Source of the DNA: Octopus vulgaris
Taxonomy: Eukaryota
Assembly: GCA_951406725.2 (NCBI GenBank)
Contig: OX597840.1
Coordinates: 19,592,001-19,656,000, forward strand
Reading direction: 5' to 3'
DNA length: 64,000 bases
Shown here: one piece after another, positions 13,201 to 27,542 of the stretch
How the letters are laid out: every line of letters begins with the position of its first letter
Numbering within the stretch: the stretch's first letter is position 1
The notes under the pieces: generated by a model
The model's input: only the letters and a program-made list of their open reading frames with translations
Databases searched by the model: none
Told to the model about the DNA's origin: nothing
Translations under genes and position numbers: made by a program

Positions 13201-13907
13201 TATTGAGTATTTTCACTGGGACATTGCACCAGTTCTCCTTTTTTTTATTATGAGCGGCTATGGCTTCTAATGACTGTCTGTCTGTATGTATGCGTGCATT
13301 TGTGTGCATTTGTGTGCATATGTGTGTATGTGTGTGTAAGTGTGTGTGAGTGTGTATATGCGCGCAAACGCACTCGTCTGTATATTTTTCTTTATACTTA
13401 TATTTCATTCTATTAACCCCTCGTTCTTCCGTTGCCCTATTTCTAACCTGTTGTTGTAGTTATGGTTGTTGTTGTTGTTGTTGCTGCAATTTTTATTTGT
13501 TGTTGTTGTTGTTGTTAGTTGCACTAAAAAGTAAAAAAAATATGCCGCTTTAGTTTTTTTTCGTGTTTTTTTTTATATTTACTTTTCAAATGTTTTTTTT
13601 ATTGTTAAAGACACTCCTTTCTTGTGAGCAAACAACAGGATGTAAAAAAATGTCTCATTTATATGTGTATACACACACACACACATGTCTATATTATGTA
13701 CGTGCATGTACATACAAAGACAGACACGCACGCACACATATACATACATATATATGTATACCCACTCACACACACATATATATATGTTCATACATACGCA
13801 TATATACATATGTAATTTTATATACATGCACACATATACAGATATATGTTTGTATGCATATATATGTATATATATGTATATATATGTATATATATGTATA
13901 TATATAT

Positions 13908-13938
<31 letters not shown>

Positions 13939-13951
13939 GTATGTAAATATA

Positions 13952-14110
<159 letters not shown>

Positions 14111-14780
14111 GTATATATATATATGAGGAAAGGGGAAAAGGAAGAAGAGAGAAAGCAGCATGATCATAAATGTATATATGTGTATATATCTTCTTCGGTA
14201 TGTGTGTGTACGCGCGTGCGTATCTGTCTGTCTGTGTGTTGATGTTAAAATGCGTTTCCTAAGTCGTTTAAATTATTTTCCATGTTTTTTAACGACCCTT
14301 CTTACAACACACACAATAAGAACATTCTGTTGCCGACGAAGACGGAAATGGGAATTCGGGGCGTTCATGGCTCTCTTGTGGCCATTAAAAAATCGGTTGG
14401 CTTTGAATGTCGGCGTTCAAATCCTGGCCCGCCGGGGGAGGGTTTTATCTACGACAGACTGGAGACTTCTCTCCTGGGCTCGCAGATTCGGTCGGTTCCC
14501 GTCTGTCTAACTGGAGGACATGTTTTTGATAAGAAAGAATAATAGAAAATACACACACATACGCACACACTTATGCACACACACACACACACACATACAC
14601 ACACACACACGCTCACTCGCTCACATATATGTATTGTGCATAATGAATATACATATACGTGTGTGTATGTGTGTGCATGTGAATGTGAGTATATGTATGT
14701 ATGTATGTGTGTATGTATGTGTGTATGTATGTATGTACGTATCTATCTATCTATCTATCTATCTATCCAACTATCTATCT

Positions 14781-14848
<68 letters not shown>

Positions 14849-14870
14849 CATATCTACCCATCTATCTATC

Positions 14871-14918
<48 letters not shown>

Positions 14919-15363
14919 TTATATACGCACACATATATATAAATATATTATATATACACACATATATAAATATATATATACACACACACATACACACATA
15001 CACACACACGCACACACACGCATATACACACATACACACACATGCACGTTCGTTTCTTTTATCTCTTATCTTGTCTCTTTCATGTCGTACCTGTTTCCGT
15101 CGTTAGACTACGGCCATGCTGGGGCAGTGCCCTCAGGAATTTTAGTCTAACGAATCGAGTCAAGTTATGTTTCGTTATGTTTTTGTTTGTTTGCTTTTAT
15201 TACAACTCTGGCCCTTATTGTATCGGTCCCTGCTTCTATTTCCTATTTGACCCTATTCCTACCTAACCATTTCCCCCGGATTACCGGCACATAGTTTTTA
15301 CATCGTACGTATATTAGTCGCCGACTAGCGATACAATTCACCTCCGATTTGCTTCGGGTACGT

Positions 15364-15402
15364 GATACTGATAAGCCGCAACAATGCCGAAACGTCGGTG
15401 TC
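15364..15402 (+). ncRNA. Decayed minimal hammerhead-like motif
   Basis: gata CTGATAA gccgcaacaatgcc GAAA cg TC ggtgtc; G8 altered and stems imperfect. Confidence 0.35.
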
Positions 15403-15541
15403 CATCACTCCTGAATGCGATTTGAGGTAAGCTATCTCATTTGTCCATCATTTTCAGGTGTTATAAAACCCGGCATTATTCGCAGCCTACCAGCAAACAC
15501 ACACGCCGTAAACATTAAGTATGTGTGGTCGATAACATATA

Positions 15542-15607
<66 letters not shown>

Positions 15608-16101
15608 GCACGCAGAAATAAGGATCTGAGCTAAAACCGGACATCGGGTAAACCAGACGACGCACAGACTGACAGTTTAAGCGTTCGCCATGTTTGGTTA
15701 ATTAGCCGTGCTTGGTGAGATCTCCTACACCTCCTGGACATTGTGAACGATTGGAGGCGGAAGTAGTGGCTGAGGGGTAAGTTTACATCGCAGCCACATG
15801 GATCCGGGTTCAGTCCTGCTACTTGTTTCTTTGGGCAAGTGTTTTCCCACTATAGTCCCCAGACTGACAGATGCCTTGCCAGTGGATTTGGCAAACGGAA
15901 ACTGAAAGACGCTCGTCGTAATATGCATCCAGCATCTCGACGGAGGGTTTTATGCTTCGAGATCCCCAGTTCCCACGAAAGAATCATCTAGCCGTCTTTC
16001 AAAGTAAATAAATTCTTATGACGTCTACATGCATATATATATATATATATATATACTCACACACACATACACACATACACACATACATATATATGTATAC
16101 T

Positions 16102-16195
<94 letters not shown>

Positions 16196-16331
16196 CATGT
16201 ACATACTTACACACATGCATACAAGTCACAAATGACAGAGTTTAATGAAATTTTATTTAACAACAAATTGTTTCGTAACTTAAAAACGGGTAAATAATGT
16301 GTATTATTATTGGGGTATGTATGTATGCATG

Positions 16332-16365
<34 letters not shown>

Positions 16366-16391
16366 TGTATGTATGTATGTATGTATGTATG

Positions 16392-16425
<34 letters not shown>

Positions 16426-16673
16426 TGTATGTATGTATGTATGTATGTATGTATGTATGTATGTATGTATGTATGTATGTATGTATGTATGTATGTATGT
16501 ATGTATGTATGAATGTATGTATGTATGTATGTATGTATGCATGTATGTAGTGTAAATATATACACTCTCAAAAAGAAAATGAGGATAATAGTTTCGATAA
16601 TTATTATATTAAAGTAATTATGTTTTGCTCTGAAAATTGTTTGAGGGTAAAACAAACAACAATAAAAACTGTA

Positions 16674-16675
16674 CA

Positions 16676-16731
<56 letters not shown>

Positions 16732-16750
16732 GCAACAACAACAACAACAA
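16674..16750. repeat. (CAA)n microsatellite
   Basis: Direct inspection; source of the poly-Q/C/V pseudo-ORFs. Confidence 0.95.
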
Positions 16751-17004
16751 AAGCAGACCAATTTAACAAGCATCAGATACGTTACTGGATCGCTTAATGC
16801 TGTCTCATTCACATGTTCTCATTTCGGCTTTTAGCGCCCTCTATATTCACAGCAAGGTTTCCCTACACGTAAGCATATCATATGATATGAAGCTGGGTCG
16901 CCATATTGCGCTACAAACACATCGTCGATCACACTGCCTTCTCAGAATTACACGCCAGTTTAATTTCTGTTTTAAAATTTTAATTTTCTAAATTTTTTGT
17001 GTGA

Positions 17005-17668
17005 TATACAGGCTGGTGCAAATGCAGGTACACGGTTATGGGAAAAAACACGTGCAGGAATGGCTCGGAATTAACGGGACTGATAGTTTTCGTAGAGCAA
17101 CTGTTGTCATCGATGGGAAGAGTACAGCTATCAGCTGAATCTATCATCGAGATTGTGCCGCCTCCTTCCCTTATCAGGGTAAGGAAGGCTTGCTTTTTCT
17201 GCGTTGTAGCCATACTGAAAGAAACAGTATGGAAGACACGTGTGAGAGGCATAGTGTCGGGTACCTTTGTATCCGACCAGGGGTTGGTTAACTTTTTCAG
17301 TTACCACCTCAGTAATAAGATCAGGCTGGAGAAAAGGTACCTGTCACGAGACAGATTCATGAGAAGATGGAAGCCTGTGGCGAGGAAGCTGGGAGTGTTT
17401 GGCACCAGGTAAGTGGAAGCCAAAAACAGGAAAGAAAAAGCAAGGGGTCTACCCTGGTGGTCGGATGCCTATCCTTCAGAGAAGCCATTGCAAATTTCAT
17501 TTGTAATGAGCAACGCTTAAGTCAAAAGCTATAAACATATTTATTAAATTATTGTATATTTTAAATTGTAAATATTTAATCGCTACAGCTACTTCACCCA
17601 TTTATGTTTGTCTGTTCTCGTTCGTCCCCTCTTTGTAATGCCTTCATGGCAAATATTTATGAAATAAA
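17005..17668 (+). pseudogene. Diverged 3' fragment of a Tx1/L1-group LINE (relative of ORF2 at 53115-56570)
   Basis: EQLLSSMGRVQLSAESIIEIVPPPSL...QGLVNFFSYHL...LSRDRFMRRW aligns by eye with ERLLSRVGRFRLSAESIVRIAPPPSL...QSLINFFKYHL...LSRERFKKRW; tail gtcccctct...aataaa. Confidence 0.85.
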
Positions 17669-17724
17669 GTAGCTTGCTAACCAACCACATGGTTCCGGGT
17701 TCAGTTCTACTGCGTGGAACCTGG

Positions 17725-18722
17725 CACTGAGGTTGTGACCATGCTGGGTGATTACACTGACGGTGTACAAGGTGATCACCTTTTAATTGGCTAATTCTAT
17801 GTTATTGGCTTTTGATGAAGGGGGAGTTCGACATGCTGCCCTCTTTTGGGTTTCCTGCCTGGATATTGGCCCATCTGGGATCTTGGTTAACAGGAGGTCA
17901 AGTTGTTTTTTGAAAACATCTAACCCCCATTCCTGCTCTGTGGAGATCCCTCAGATATTTTGGCAAGGCGTTAAATAGCTGTGGGCCCTTGAACCCCAAG
18001 CTATTGCAGTGCATGGTTCTCACCTCAGATGGGACAGCTTGGGACAGTGCAGCGACGTCCATTTCGAGGTCTGGTATAGCTCTCAATCCCAAAGATTGGT
18101 GTCAGCCCCTCCAGTGTCTTCCACACATATATCTCTGCATACTTCTCCCGTCTTCGCTTCAGGGAGTAGAGTCATAGCTCTTTCGGTCTCTCCCAGTAGC
18201 TCAGCTGTTCCATTGATGCAATCTTCCTTGTGTAGCATCACTGAACCGCCTCATGTTTCGCTATTAACCTGACACTATAACATGACCACAGTTGAGAGCA
18301 GTAGTCCAGAGGGCTGAGGACAAATGTCCTGCAAAGGACCAACATAGTTTCCTGATCCGTTGTTCAGAAGGCTCTCAGAATCCATCCGGCCATTCGCCTG
18401 CACACTGTCACAATCTTGGTGAGATGCATGTGAAACGAGGCATCTTTGCTCATATCAATCCCAAGATCCCACACCATATGTGATTCTGGGATTTCCGCTC
18501 CTTTCAGTCCAAAATATCGTTGTTGCGACTTCTGAGCACCAATTATCTGGTAGCGAAGGGCTTGGAATTTGCCTGCATCAAATTGCATGTTGTTGTCCTC
18601 AGCCCGTTTATATATGGTATCAAGGTCTTTCTGTAGAAGATTGGCATCAGAAGGTTCCTTGACAGCTTGTACTACTTTTGAGTCGTCGGCATAGCTAGAG
18701 ACGGGTGGCTGTTTGTGTAACT
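17725..18722 (-). pseudogene. CR1/L2-group LINE 3' remnant (RT C-terminal half), frameshifted
   Basis: SYADDSKV...LQKDLDTIYKRAEDNNMQFDAGKFQALRY...DLGIDMSKDASF...MAGWILRAF, then NSLGFKGPQLFNALPKYLRD. Confidence 0.85.
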
Positions 18723-18723
18723 G

Positions 18724-18791
<68 letters not shown>

Positions 18792-18830
18792 AAAGGGTAA
18801 AATTTTACCCTTTTATTATTGTACAATATC

Positions 18831-19002
18831 ACTGCATACTTCTCCCGTCTTCGTTTCAGGGAGTAGAGTCATAGCTCTTTCGGTCTCTCCCAGAAGTTCA
18901 GCTGTTCCATTGATGCAATCTTCGTTATGTAGCATCACTGAACCGCCTCATGTTTCGCTATTAACCCGACACACTGTAAGATGACCACAGCTCAGAGCAG
19001 TA
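18831..19002 (-). repeat. Local ~170 bp duplicate of CR1-like segment 18135-18305
   Basis: ctgcatacttctcccgtcttcg...atgaccacag at both positions with a few substitutions. Confidence 0.85.
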
Positions 19003-19269
19003 CTGAGAGCAGTCCAATTACCTGTTTATACTTTATCTAACTGTATCAATACATGACTATAATTCTCTCTCCCTGATAATAAACTACAGATCCCTCTGTA
19101 GGGACTTGTTGCTCTATAACTCACGTGGGTGGACGAGGAAGGATACAAAGCCTCATTCGTACTTTTTGAATTCGTTAGTACTGGCGGTCGAAGATGGTTT
19201 GTCTGGGATTACTCATATCAGACGGGTATACTCGATTTTTAGTGCTCTCAGATTTAAACCTAAAGAAAT

Positions 19270-19333
19270 CTTGGGCTGATGACGGAAATGTTGATCTCTG
19301 TATCCAACTAATCCAGAAACGGCCGTTCTCAAG
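19270..19333 (+). ncRNA. Minimal type I hammerhead ribozyme
   Basis: cttggg CTGATGA cgga...tcca GAAA cggccg TT ctcaag: 6 bp stem I (one G-U), palindromic ACGGCCGT helix III. Confidence 0.72.
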
Positions 19334-19680
19334 TAATCGATGTACGTGTGATCTTTCGTTATTTTTCCCTCTTTACCTGCGTGAATTATTTTTGAGTATA
19401 CATTGTCTGGAAGACTTTTCTTATAGTAGAGGAAATAGCTAAAATTTTTTGGCTGCTCTTTCTAAAAGTTCGGTGTGTGGTAAAGTAAATTATTTTACTG
19501 AACCCTAATTATATAACGTAATGTTATATATATATATATGAGTCACCGTAAGTCGTACCTTGTGACAGACCGAAACGAAATGACCAGTAAGCACGTGGAA
19601 TCGGGATTTTTACATATATGCATATATGCATACATGTATACATACATAAATACATACATATATATGTATGTATATATGCT

Positions 19681-19728
<48 letters not shown>

Positions 19729-19808
19729 TATATATACATATATATACATACATATATATATATATACACACATACATATATATACATATATATATAAATG
19801 CGGTGGGA

Positions 19809-19845
<37 letters not shown>

Positions 19846-20267
19846 GGAGAGCCATTCAGAAATGCATACGTACACACACACAGAAAACAAATAAACGCAT
19901 ACATATACTCAAATCACATGCGCAGGTAAATATATACATACATACATTCATACTTACATGCATACACATACACACACCTACTTACATTCATACATGAATA
20001 TATATATATATACATGCAACAAATTGCAGAGACAAAACTACACACACACACACAGAGACTCGTACACGCATACATACACAAGTGCAGAAACACATACACA
20101 CTCAACAAAACACAAACACACACACACATATACAATAGATACACAGATATACGCAGCAATATAAATTAAGATGTCTGACGATCGCATTTTTGACGGGAAA
20201 CTGCCACCGTATAGCTGAGACTAAATAATGATCTACGATCCATTTCATTGCAGGTGTGTGTGTGTGC

Positions 20268-20332
<65 letters not shown>

Positions 20333-20355
20333 TGTGTGTGAGTGTGTGTTTGTGC

Positions 20356-20386
<31 letters not shown>

Positions 20387-20428
20387 TGTGTGTGTGTGTT
20401 TATGTGTGTGTGTTTGTGTGTGTGTTTG

Positions 20429-20459
<31 letters not shown>

Positions 20460-20470
20460 ATGTGTGTGTA

Positions 20471-20503
<33 letters not shown>

Positions 20504-20760
20504 ACGCGTGGGCGTATCATTAATTGGTTAGTCTGTGTGTCGTTTGTCATAAATAAATCAGCGTCTATGGGCGCAGGCATGGCAGTGTGGTGAAGAAACA
20601 CGTTTTGCTGTCAGGTGGTTTCGGGTTCGGTCCCGCTTTGTCACACCTTGGGCAAGTGTTTTCTACAATGGCGCCGGGCCCACAAATTCCTTGTGAGGGA
20701 ATTTGGTTGACGGAAACTCTGTGGAAACACGTTGCATGTGTATGTATATGTGTATGTATG

Positions 20761-20872
<112 letters not shown>

Positions 20873-21652
20873 CTGCTCGCTTAGACAGCGGGGTGGCGTC
20901 ATTTGAAGGCTAAAACAATGCGAAGCGCATTGTGACCAGCGATGTGTAGCAACATCTGATAGCCTGGTCAGTCACGGTGATCACGGTGACATATATTTAT
21001 ATATATATGTGTGTGTGTGTTGATAGGTAGGTCTGCATGTATATGTTTCTTTGTATACATGTGTGTTTGTGTGTATGTGTGTGTGTGTGTGCGGGAGTAT
21101 ATGCAAATTAGTAGCTCCTGTTTTCTGTAGCCACTGTAATTGTAGAGCATATAAACAAGATTGAATGCTTGTTTCGCTGCGATTAGTCAAATTGATCTTG
21201 ACGCCACTGATGAGAGTCCAATAAGATACGAAAATGGATTTAAGTTGTCCATCATTTCTTCAATCTACAGAGAAACAGCAAAATTAACCGTTTATAGAGG
21301 TACTATGGAGGTTTTATATATATACATATATATATATACATATATGTGTGTGTATGTATATATGTATGTATATATATATGTATGTATATGTGTATATATA
21401 TGTATGTATGTATATATGTAAACGACAAGGCTTCTTTCAGTTTCCGGCTACCGCATCCATTCTGAAGGCTTTGGTCGCCATGCAGTGGGGCCGAACCTGA
21501 AATCATATGGTTGGCTAGTTATATCGACTATATAAATGCGAGTGTATATGGTTATGTATTTAACCCAGATATACATACACACATATATACATACATACAC
21601 ACATACACACATACATACATACATACATACATACATACATACATACATACAT

Positions 21653-21723
<71 letters not shown>

Positions 21724-22024
21724 CATATATATAGATACATATATACACACATATATATATATATGTGTGTGTATGTGTCCCTTATAGTTTCTTTATATTA
21801 GTCTAATTATCTATTTATACTTTATCTAACTGTATCAATAGATGACTATTTGTCTATCTCTCCCTCTCTCTCTCTCTCTCTCTCCCTCTTTCTCTCTCTC
21901 TTTCAGCCAATCTATTGGTCTGTTTGTCTGTCTGCCTGTCTCTTTGTTTATCTATATACCTATCATATCAACATAGCACACACAGAAGCACACACACACA
22001 CATATATATATATACATATGTATT

Positions 22025-22380
<356 letters not shown>

Positions 22381-22698
22381 ATATACACGCACACACACGC
22401 GCGAACTTATGTGAATATATTATTTGTAAAGTTTTCAACTTTGGACGATTTAAACTTGTGGAATGTATGTTTGAAAATCGAGATATTATTATACACTCAG
22501 ATATTATATAAACAACGATACAACACACACACACACACAGGCCATATACATACATACATACATGCATACATACATACATACATACATACATACATACATA
22601 CATACATGCAGAAATACATATATATGTATATACACACATAGCCCGGTGCTTACTCTCGCCTTATAGCCATGACAGTAGTACACCTCTCTCCCTCTCCC

Positions 22699-22734
<36 letters not shown>

Positions 22735-22871
22735 CCTCTCTCTCTGTCTTTCTCTGTCTTCCTCAACGCAGTATGAAACCCCCTAAATTTGACACCCGTG
22801 AGAAAATGTCATCTAACGGTGGTAGAGTCCATTCTGAAAAACTTAAAAAGGGGTGTCAGGTTTATATAAAT

Positions 22872-22943
22872 GCGTGTGCGTGTGTGCATGTGTGTGTGTG
22901 TGTGTGTGTGTGTGCATGTGTGTGTGTGTATGTGTATGTGTGT

Positions 22944-23028
<85 letters not shown>

Positions 23029-23278
23029 TGTATGTGTGTGTGTGCATGTGTGTGTGTGTATGTGTGTGTGTGTACGTGTGTGTGTGTGCATGTGTGTGCA
23101 TGTGTGTGCATGTGTGTGTGTGCGCATGTGTGTGTGTATGTGTGTGTGTGTATGTGTGTGTGTGTATGTGTGTGTGTACGTGTGTGTGTGTGTGTGTGCA
23201 TGTGTGTGTGTGTGTGCATGTGTGTGCATGTGTGTGCATGTGTGTGTATGTGTGTGTGTGTGCGCGCGCGTATACCTA

Positions 23279-23323
<45 letters not shown>
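22872..23323. repeat. (TG)n tract followed by (CA)n tract
   Basis: Direct inspection. Confidence 0.95.
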
Positions 23324-23326
<3 letters not shown>

Positions 23327-23722
23327 TGTCCCTGTCATAACACCACGTAATTAACGCTTCGCTGCTCTCTTTCAACTTTCTTTCCCATTCTTTCTTCCTT
23401 TCTCATTTTCCTTCTCTTTGCCTCTTTTCTTCGTTTCTTTCATTTTTCCTTCATTCCTTTTTCTTTCCCTTCCCTTCTTCCTTTCTTTCTTTCCCTTTTC
23501 TTTCCCTACCCTTCTTTCTTTCTTCCTTTTTCTTTCTTTTCTTTCTTTCATACTTAATTACTTCTTTTCTTTCTTCTTTTTTCTTTTCTCTCTTTCTTTC
23601 TCTCTGTCTTTCTTTTTTCTCTCTTTCTTCTTTCCTTTCTTCCTTTTCCTTTCCTTTTTCTTCCTTTCTTACATTCTTCTTATTCTTTCTTTCTTCCTTT
23701 TTTCTCTTTTCTCTTCCTTTTT

Positions 23723-23764
<42 letters not shown>

Positions 23765-24344
23765 TTCCTTTCTTTTCGTAAACTTTCCCTATATATATAT
23801 ATATATATAATTGAAAGAAGCCAGTCGAGTGTGTGTGTGTTTTGTCCCCCAGTATCGCTCGAAACCAGTGTCGGGGTGTTTACGTCCCTGTAACTTAGCA
23901 GTTTCGCAAAATAGACCTATAGAATAAATACCAGACTTAAAACAACAACAACAACAAAAACAACAACAACAATAATAATAGAAAACAAAAAAAAAGAACC
24001 GGGGTCAATTTATTCGATTAAACCCTTCAAAGCGGTGCCCAGCATGGCCGCGGTCCAAAAACTGAAACAAGTAAAAATAATTTTTAAAAAGTAAGAAAAA
24101 CAAAAACAATAAAGAATGCTGCATGTAATTGATATACAATTGTAAGCAGCCTGTTTCTGGATATAACGATATCGTTATTGTATAAACATCAATTCCTGGT
24201 TGGGATTTCATATTTCACACTGCCTTCCTTAACAGAAAAAGAGAGGTCAGCTTGCCTTGGAATTTCTGGGCTGCTAAGAAGATCGTTTTGCAGCCACGTG
24301 GTTCTGGTTCGGCCCCACTCCACGGCACCAATCGTGTGTATGCA

Positions 24345-24416
<72 letters not shown>

Positions 24417-24421
24417 ATCTG

Positions 24422-24514
<93 letters not shown>

Positions 24515-24520
24515 CATACA

Positions 24521-24552
<32 letters not shown>

Positions 24553-24738
24553 CATATATATATACATACATATACATATATACATATGTATATGTACATA
24601 TCTATCTATATATATTTATGTATCTCTCTCCCTCTCTCTCTATATATATACATATATACATACACACACACACACACATATATATATATATTTACATAAT
24701 ATATATATACATGTATATATATTATATATATATATACA

Positions 24739-24780
<42 letters not shown>

Positions 24781-24785
<5 letters not shown>

Positions 24786-25185
24786 TATTTACATTTGGCG
24801 GATATTTGTCCTCATCTTGTTTGTTGTTAACACAACGTTTCGGTTGATATACCCTCCAGCCTTCATCAGGTGTCTTGGGAGAAATTTCGAACCTGGGTTC
24901 TCATTCCTAAGGTATTTTACGATCTTCTTCTTCTTCTTCTTCTTCTTCTTCTTCTTCTTCTTCTTCTTCTTCTTCTTCTTCTTCTTCTTCTTCTTCTTCT
25001 TCTTCTTCTTCTTCTTCTTCTTCTTCTTCTTCTTCTTCTTCATCATCATCATCATCATCATCATCATTATTATTATGATTATTATTATTATTATTATTCA
25101 GGTCACTGCCTGGTATCGAACTCGGAATCTCGGAGCTAGTAGCCCGCGCTCTTAACCACTATGCCCACGAGCATATGGCGTAGTG
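24781..25185 (-). mobile_element. tRNA-headed SINE-like element with a hammerhead ribozyme in its 3' part
   Basis: Minus strand: ggcatagtggttaagagcg (A box) ... gagttcgatacc (B box), (AAT)n(GAT)n(GAA)n linker, HHR, then tail ending at (TA)n. Confidence 0.7.
24829..24874 (-). ncRNA. Minimal type I hammerhead ribozyme
   Basis: gacac CTGATGA a ggctg-gagggtatat-caacc GAAA cg TT gtgtt; ACGT palindromic helix III. Confidence 0.75.
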
Positions 25186-25210
25186 AGAAAGATGTGTATA
25201 TATGTGTATA

Positions 25211-25373
<163 letters not shown>

Positions 25374-25880
25374 CAAGAGAGAGCGATGTGTGTGTCTGTA
25401 CATATGTATCATATATATATATATTTTTCCATAGTATGTTTAACGTAACGTGTAACATCGGATAACTTTTAGATCCTTCTTTTCTTTTCTTTGATCTCTT
25501 CTTCCACCCCACTCTCCCTTCCCTTTCCCCTCACTCTCTCACCCATCCTCTCTCTCTCCCTCTCCCGCTCTCTCCCTCTCCCGCTCTCTCTCTCTCTCTC
25601 GCAGCATCGCTCAAATTTATCTCTCCTTTTCACGGCAGGCTGAATCGGAAAAAAGGCAAATTTCGAAATGTCTTGGGAAATCTAGGGTGAGTTGCCTGAC
25701 TGACTGTCAACAGGTTTTGTTGTTGTTGTTGTTGTTGTTGTTGCGGCGGCGGTGGCGGTTATTGCTTCTGTTGTTCTTGTTCTTTAACCCCCGAGATAAA
25801 TAAATGTAGATCGATGAAGTTGATAACTTTACCGAATGAAATCTTGGGTGGAGACGAATAACGAAAACCCTTGAAATCAT

Positions 25881-26052
25881 AGGCGCAGGAGTGGCTGTGT
25901 GGTAAGTAGCTTGCTTACCAACCACATGGTTCCGGGCTCAGTCCCACTGCGTGGCACCTTGGGCGAGTGTCTTCAAGTATAGCCTCGGGCCGACCAAAGC
26001 CTTGTGAGTGGATTTCGTAAACGGAAACTGAAAGAAGCCCGTCGTATATATG

Positions 26053-26120
<68 letters not shown>

Positions 26121-26322
26121 TGTGTTGTGTTTGTCCCCCCCCCAACATCGCTTCACAACCGATGCTGGTGTGTTTACGTCCCCGAAACTTAGCGGTTCGG
26201 CAAAAGAGACCGATAGAATAAGTACTAGGCTTACAAAGAATAAGTCTTGGGGTCGATTTCCTCGACTAAAGGCGGTGCTCCAGCATGACAACAGTCAGAT
26301 GACTGAAACAAGTAAAAGAGTA
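25881..26322 (+). mobile_element. SINE family 1, full length
   Basis: Same head, internal (TA)(TG) microsatellite and tail as 11339-11732. Confidence 0.9.
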
Positions 26323-26419
26323 AATCTGTACAAGTCATCGCCCAGTTATCGAAAACGGTAAGAAAGTACACACACACACACAGACACACACAAGTATTCC
26401 TTAAGAACCAAGCCACAAC

Positions 26420-26840
26420 GGATCTTTTCGGTTTGAACGGCAGTTTTTAACATAATTTCTAGGTAACTAAACACTTTTAAACTTCGTATACTGGTAGAAT
26501 GTGTTTATAAAACATCTTTTTCTCTTGGCTTTTTTGAGAAAATTCTATGGTTTGTAAGATATTTGTTGTTGTTTTTCTTCAATTTCTGCTATTTCAACCA
26601 ATCAGTGACGTCTATTGAGGTAAAAAAAAAACATTCTGTGCCGTATGAATATGTCCCTCGTTTAAGAAACAGATTGGGTTTATTTACATTTGTGAAGAAA
26701 AAAAGATACCCTTCCCCCCACCCCTAACCCTAACCCTAAAACAGATTGAAATGCAATAGATCGATACTGGGGTCATAATTATGGGTGACAATTTCATATG
26801 ACACCGCTAGAAATAACTGCCGTTCAAACCGAAATGATCC
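26420..26840. mobile_element. MITE / non-autonomous DNA transposon, Merlin-like
   Basis: ~26 bp TIRs ggatcttttcggtttgaacggcagtt / aactgccgttcaaaccgaaatgatcc; GG termini; 8 bp TSD gccacaac / gccacagc (7 of 8 match). Confidence 0.8.
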
Positions 26841-27109
26841 GCCACAGCATGAAAGACGCCAGAAAATGGCTAGGTACAAACGCACAGAGCTCACAGTGAA
26901 AAAAACAACGTTGTAGACTTCAAGTGTTGGCACGATACTGTAGATATACATGTACCAAATCCAATTTGAAACCATCGATATGGGTCCTTAGTATGGCCCA
27001 ACTGTAAAATAGTAAACACGAATGCTGACTAAAATTCCCGACAGCTGTTTCGATAGAATTTATTTCATGTGTAACATAACCAGTTTATAGAACGTACATA
27101 TACTGTTTT

Positions 27110-27322
27110 ACTCTTTTACTTGTTTCAGTCATTTTGACTGCGGCCATGCTGGAGCACCGCCTTTAATCGAGCAACTCGACCCCGGGACTTATTCTTTTTG
27201 TAAGCCCAGTACTTATTCTATCGGTCTCTTTTGCCGAATCGCTAAGTAACGGGAACATAAACACACCAGCATCGGTTGTCAAGCAATGCTAGGGGACAAA
27301 CACACACACACAAACACACACA

Positions 27323-27379
<57 letters not shown>

Positions 27380-27542
27380 GACGGGCTTCTTTCAGTTTCC
27401 GTCTACCAAATCCACTCACAAGGTTTTGGTCGGCCCGAGACTATAGCAGAAGACACTTGCCCAAGGTGCCACGCAGTGGGACTGAACCCGGAACCATGTG
27501 GTTGGTTAGCAAGCTACTTACCACACAGCCACTTCTGCGCCT
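27110..27542 (-). mobile_element. SINE family 1, full length
   Basis: Reverse complement of the family 1 sequence. Confidence 0.9.

Noticed and set aside
21203-21265. HHR-like CTGATGA...GAAA string
   Set aside because: No consistent stem I plus U-H cleavage site could be drawn; at best highly decayed
26715-26740. Chromosome end or true telomere
   Set aside because: Only three CCCTAA units, internal to a TIR element
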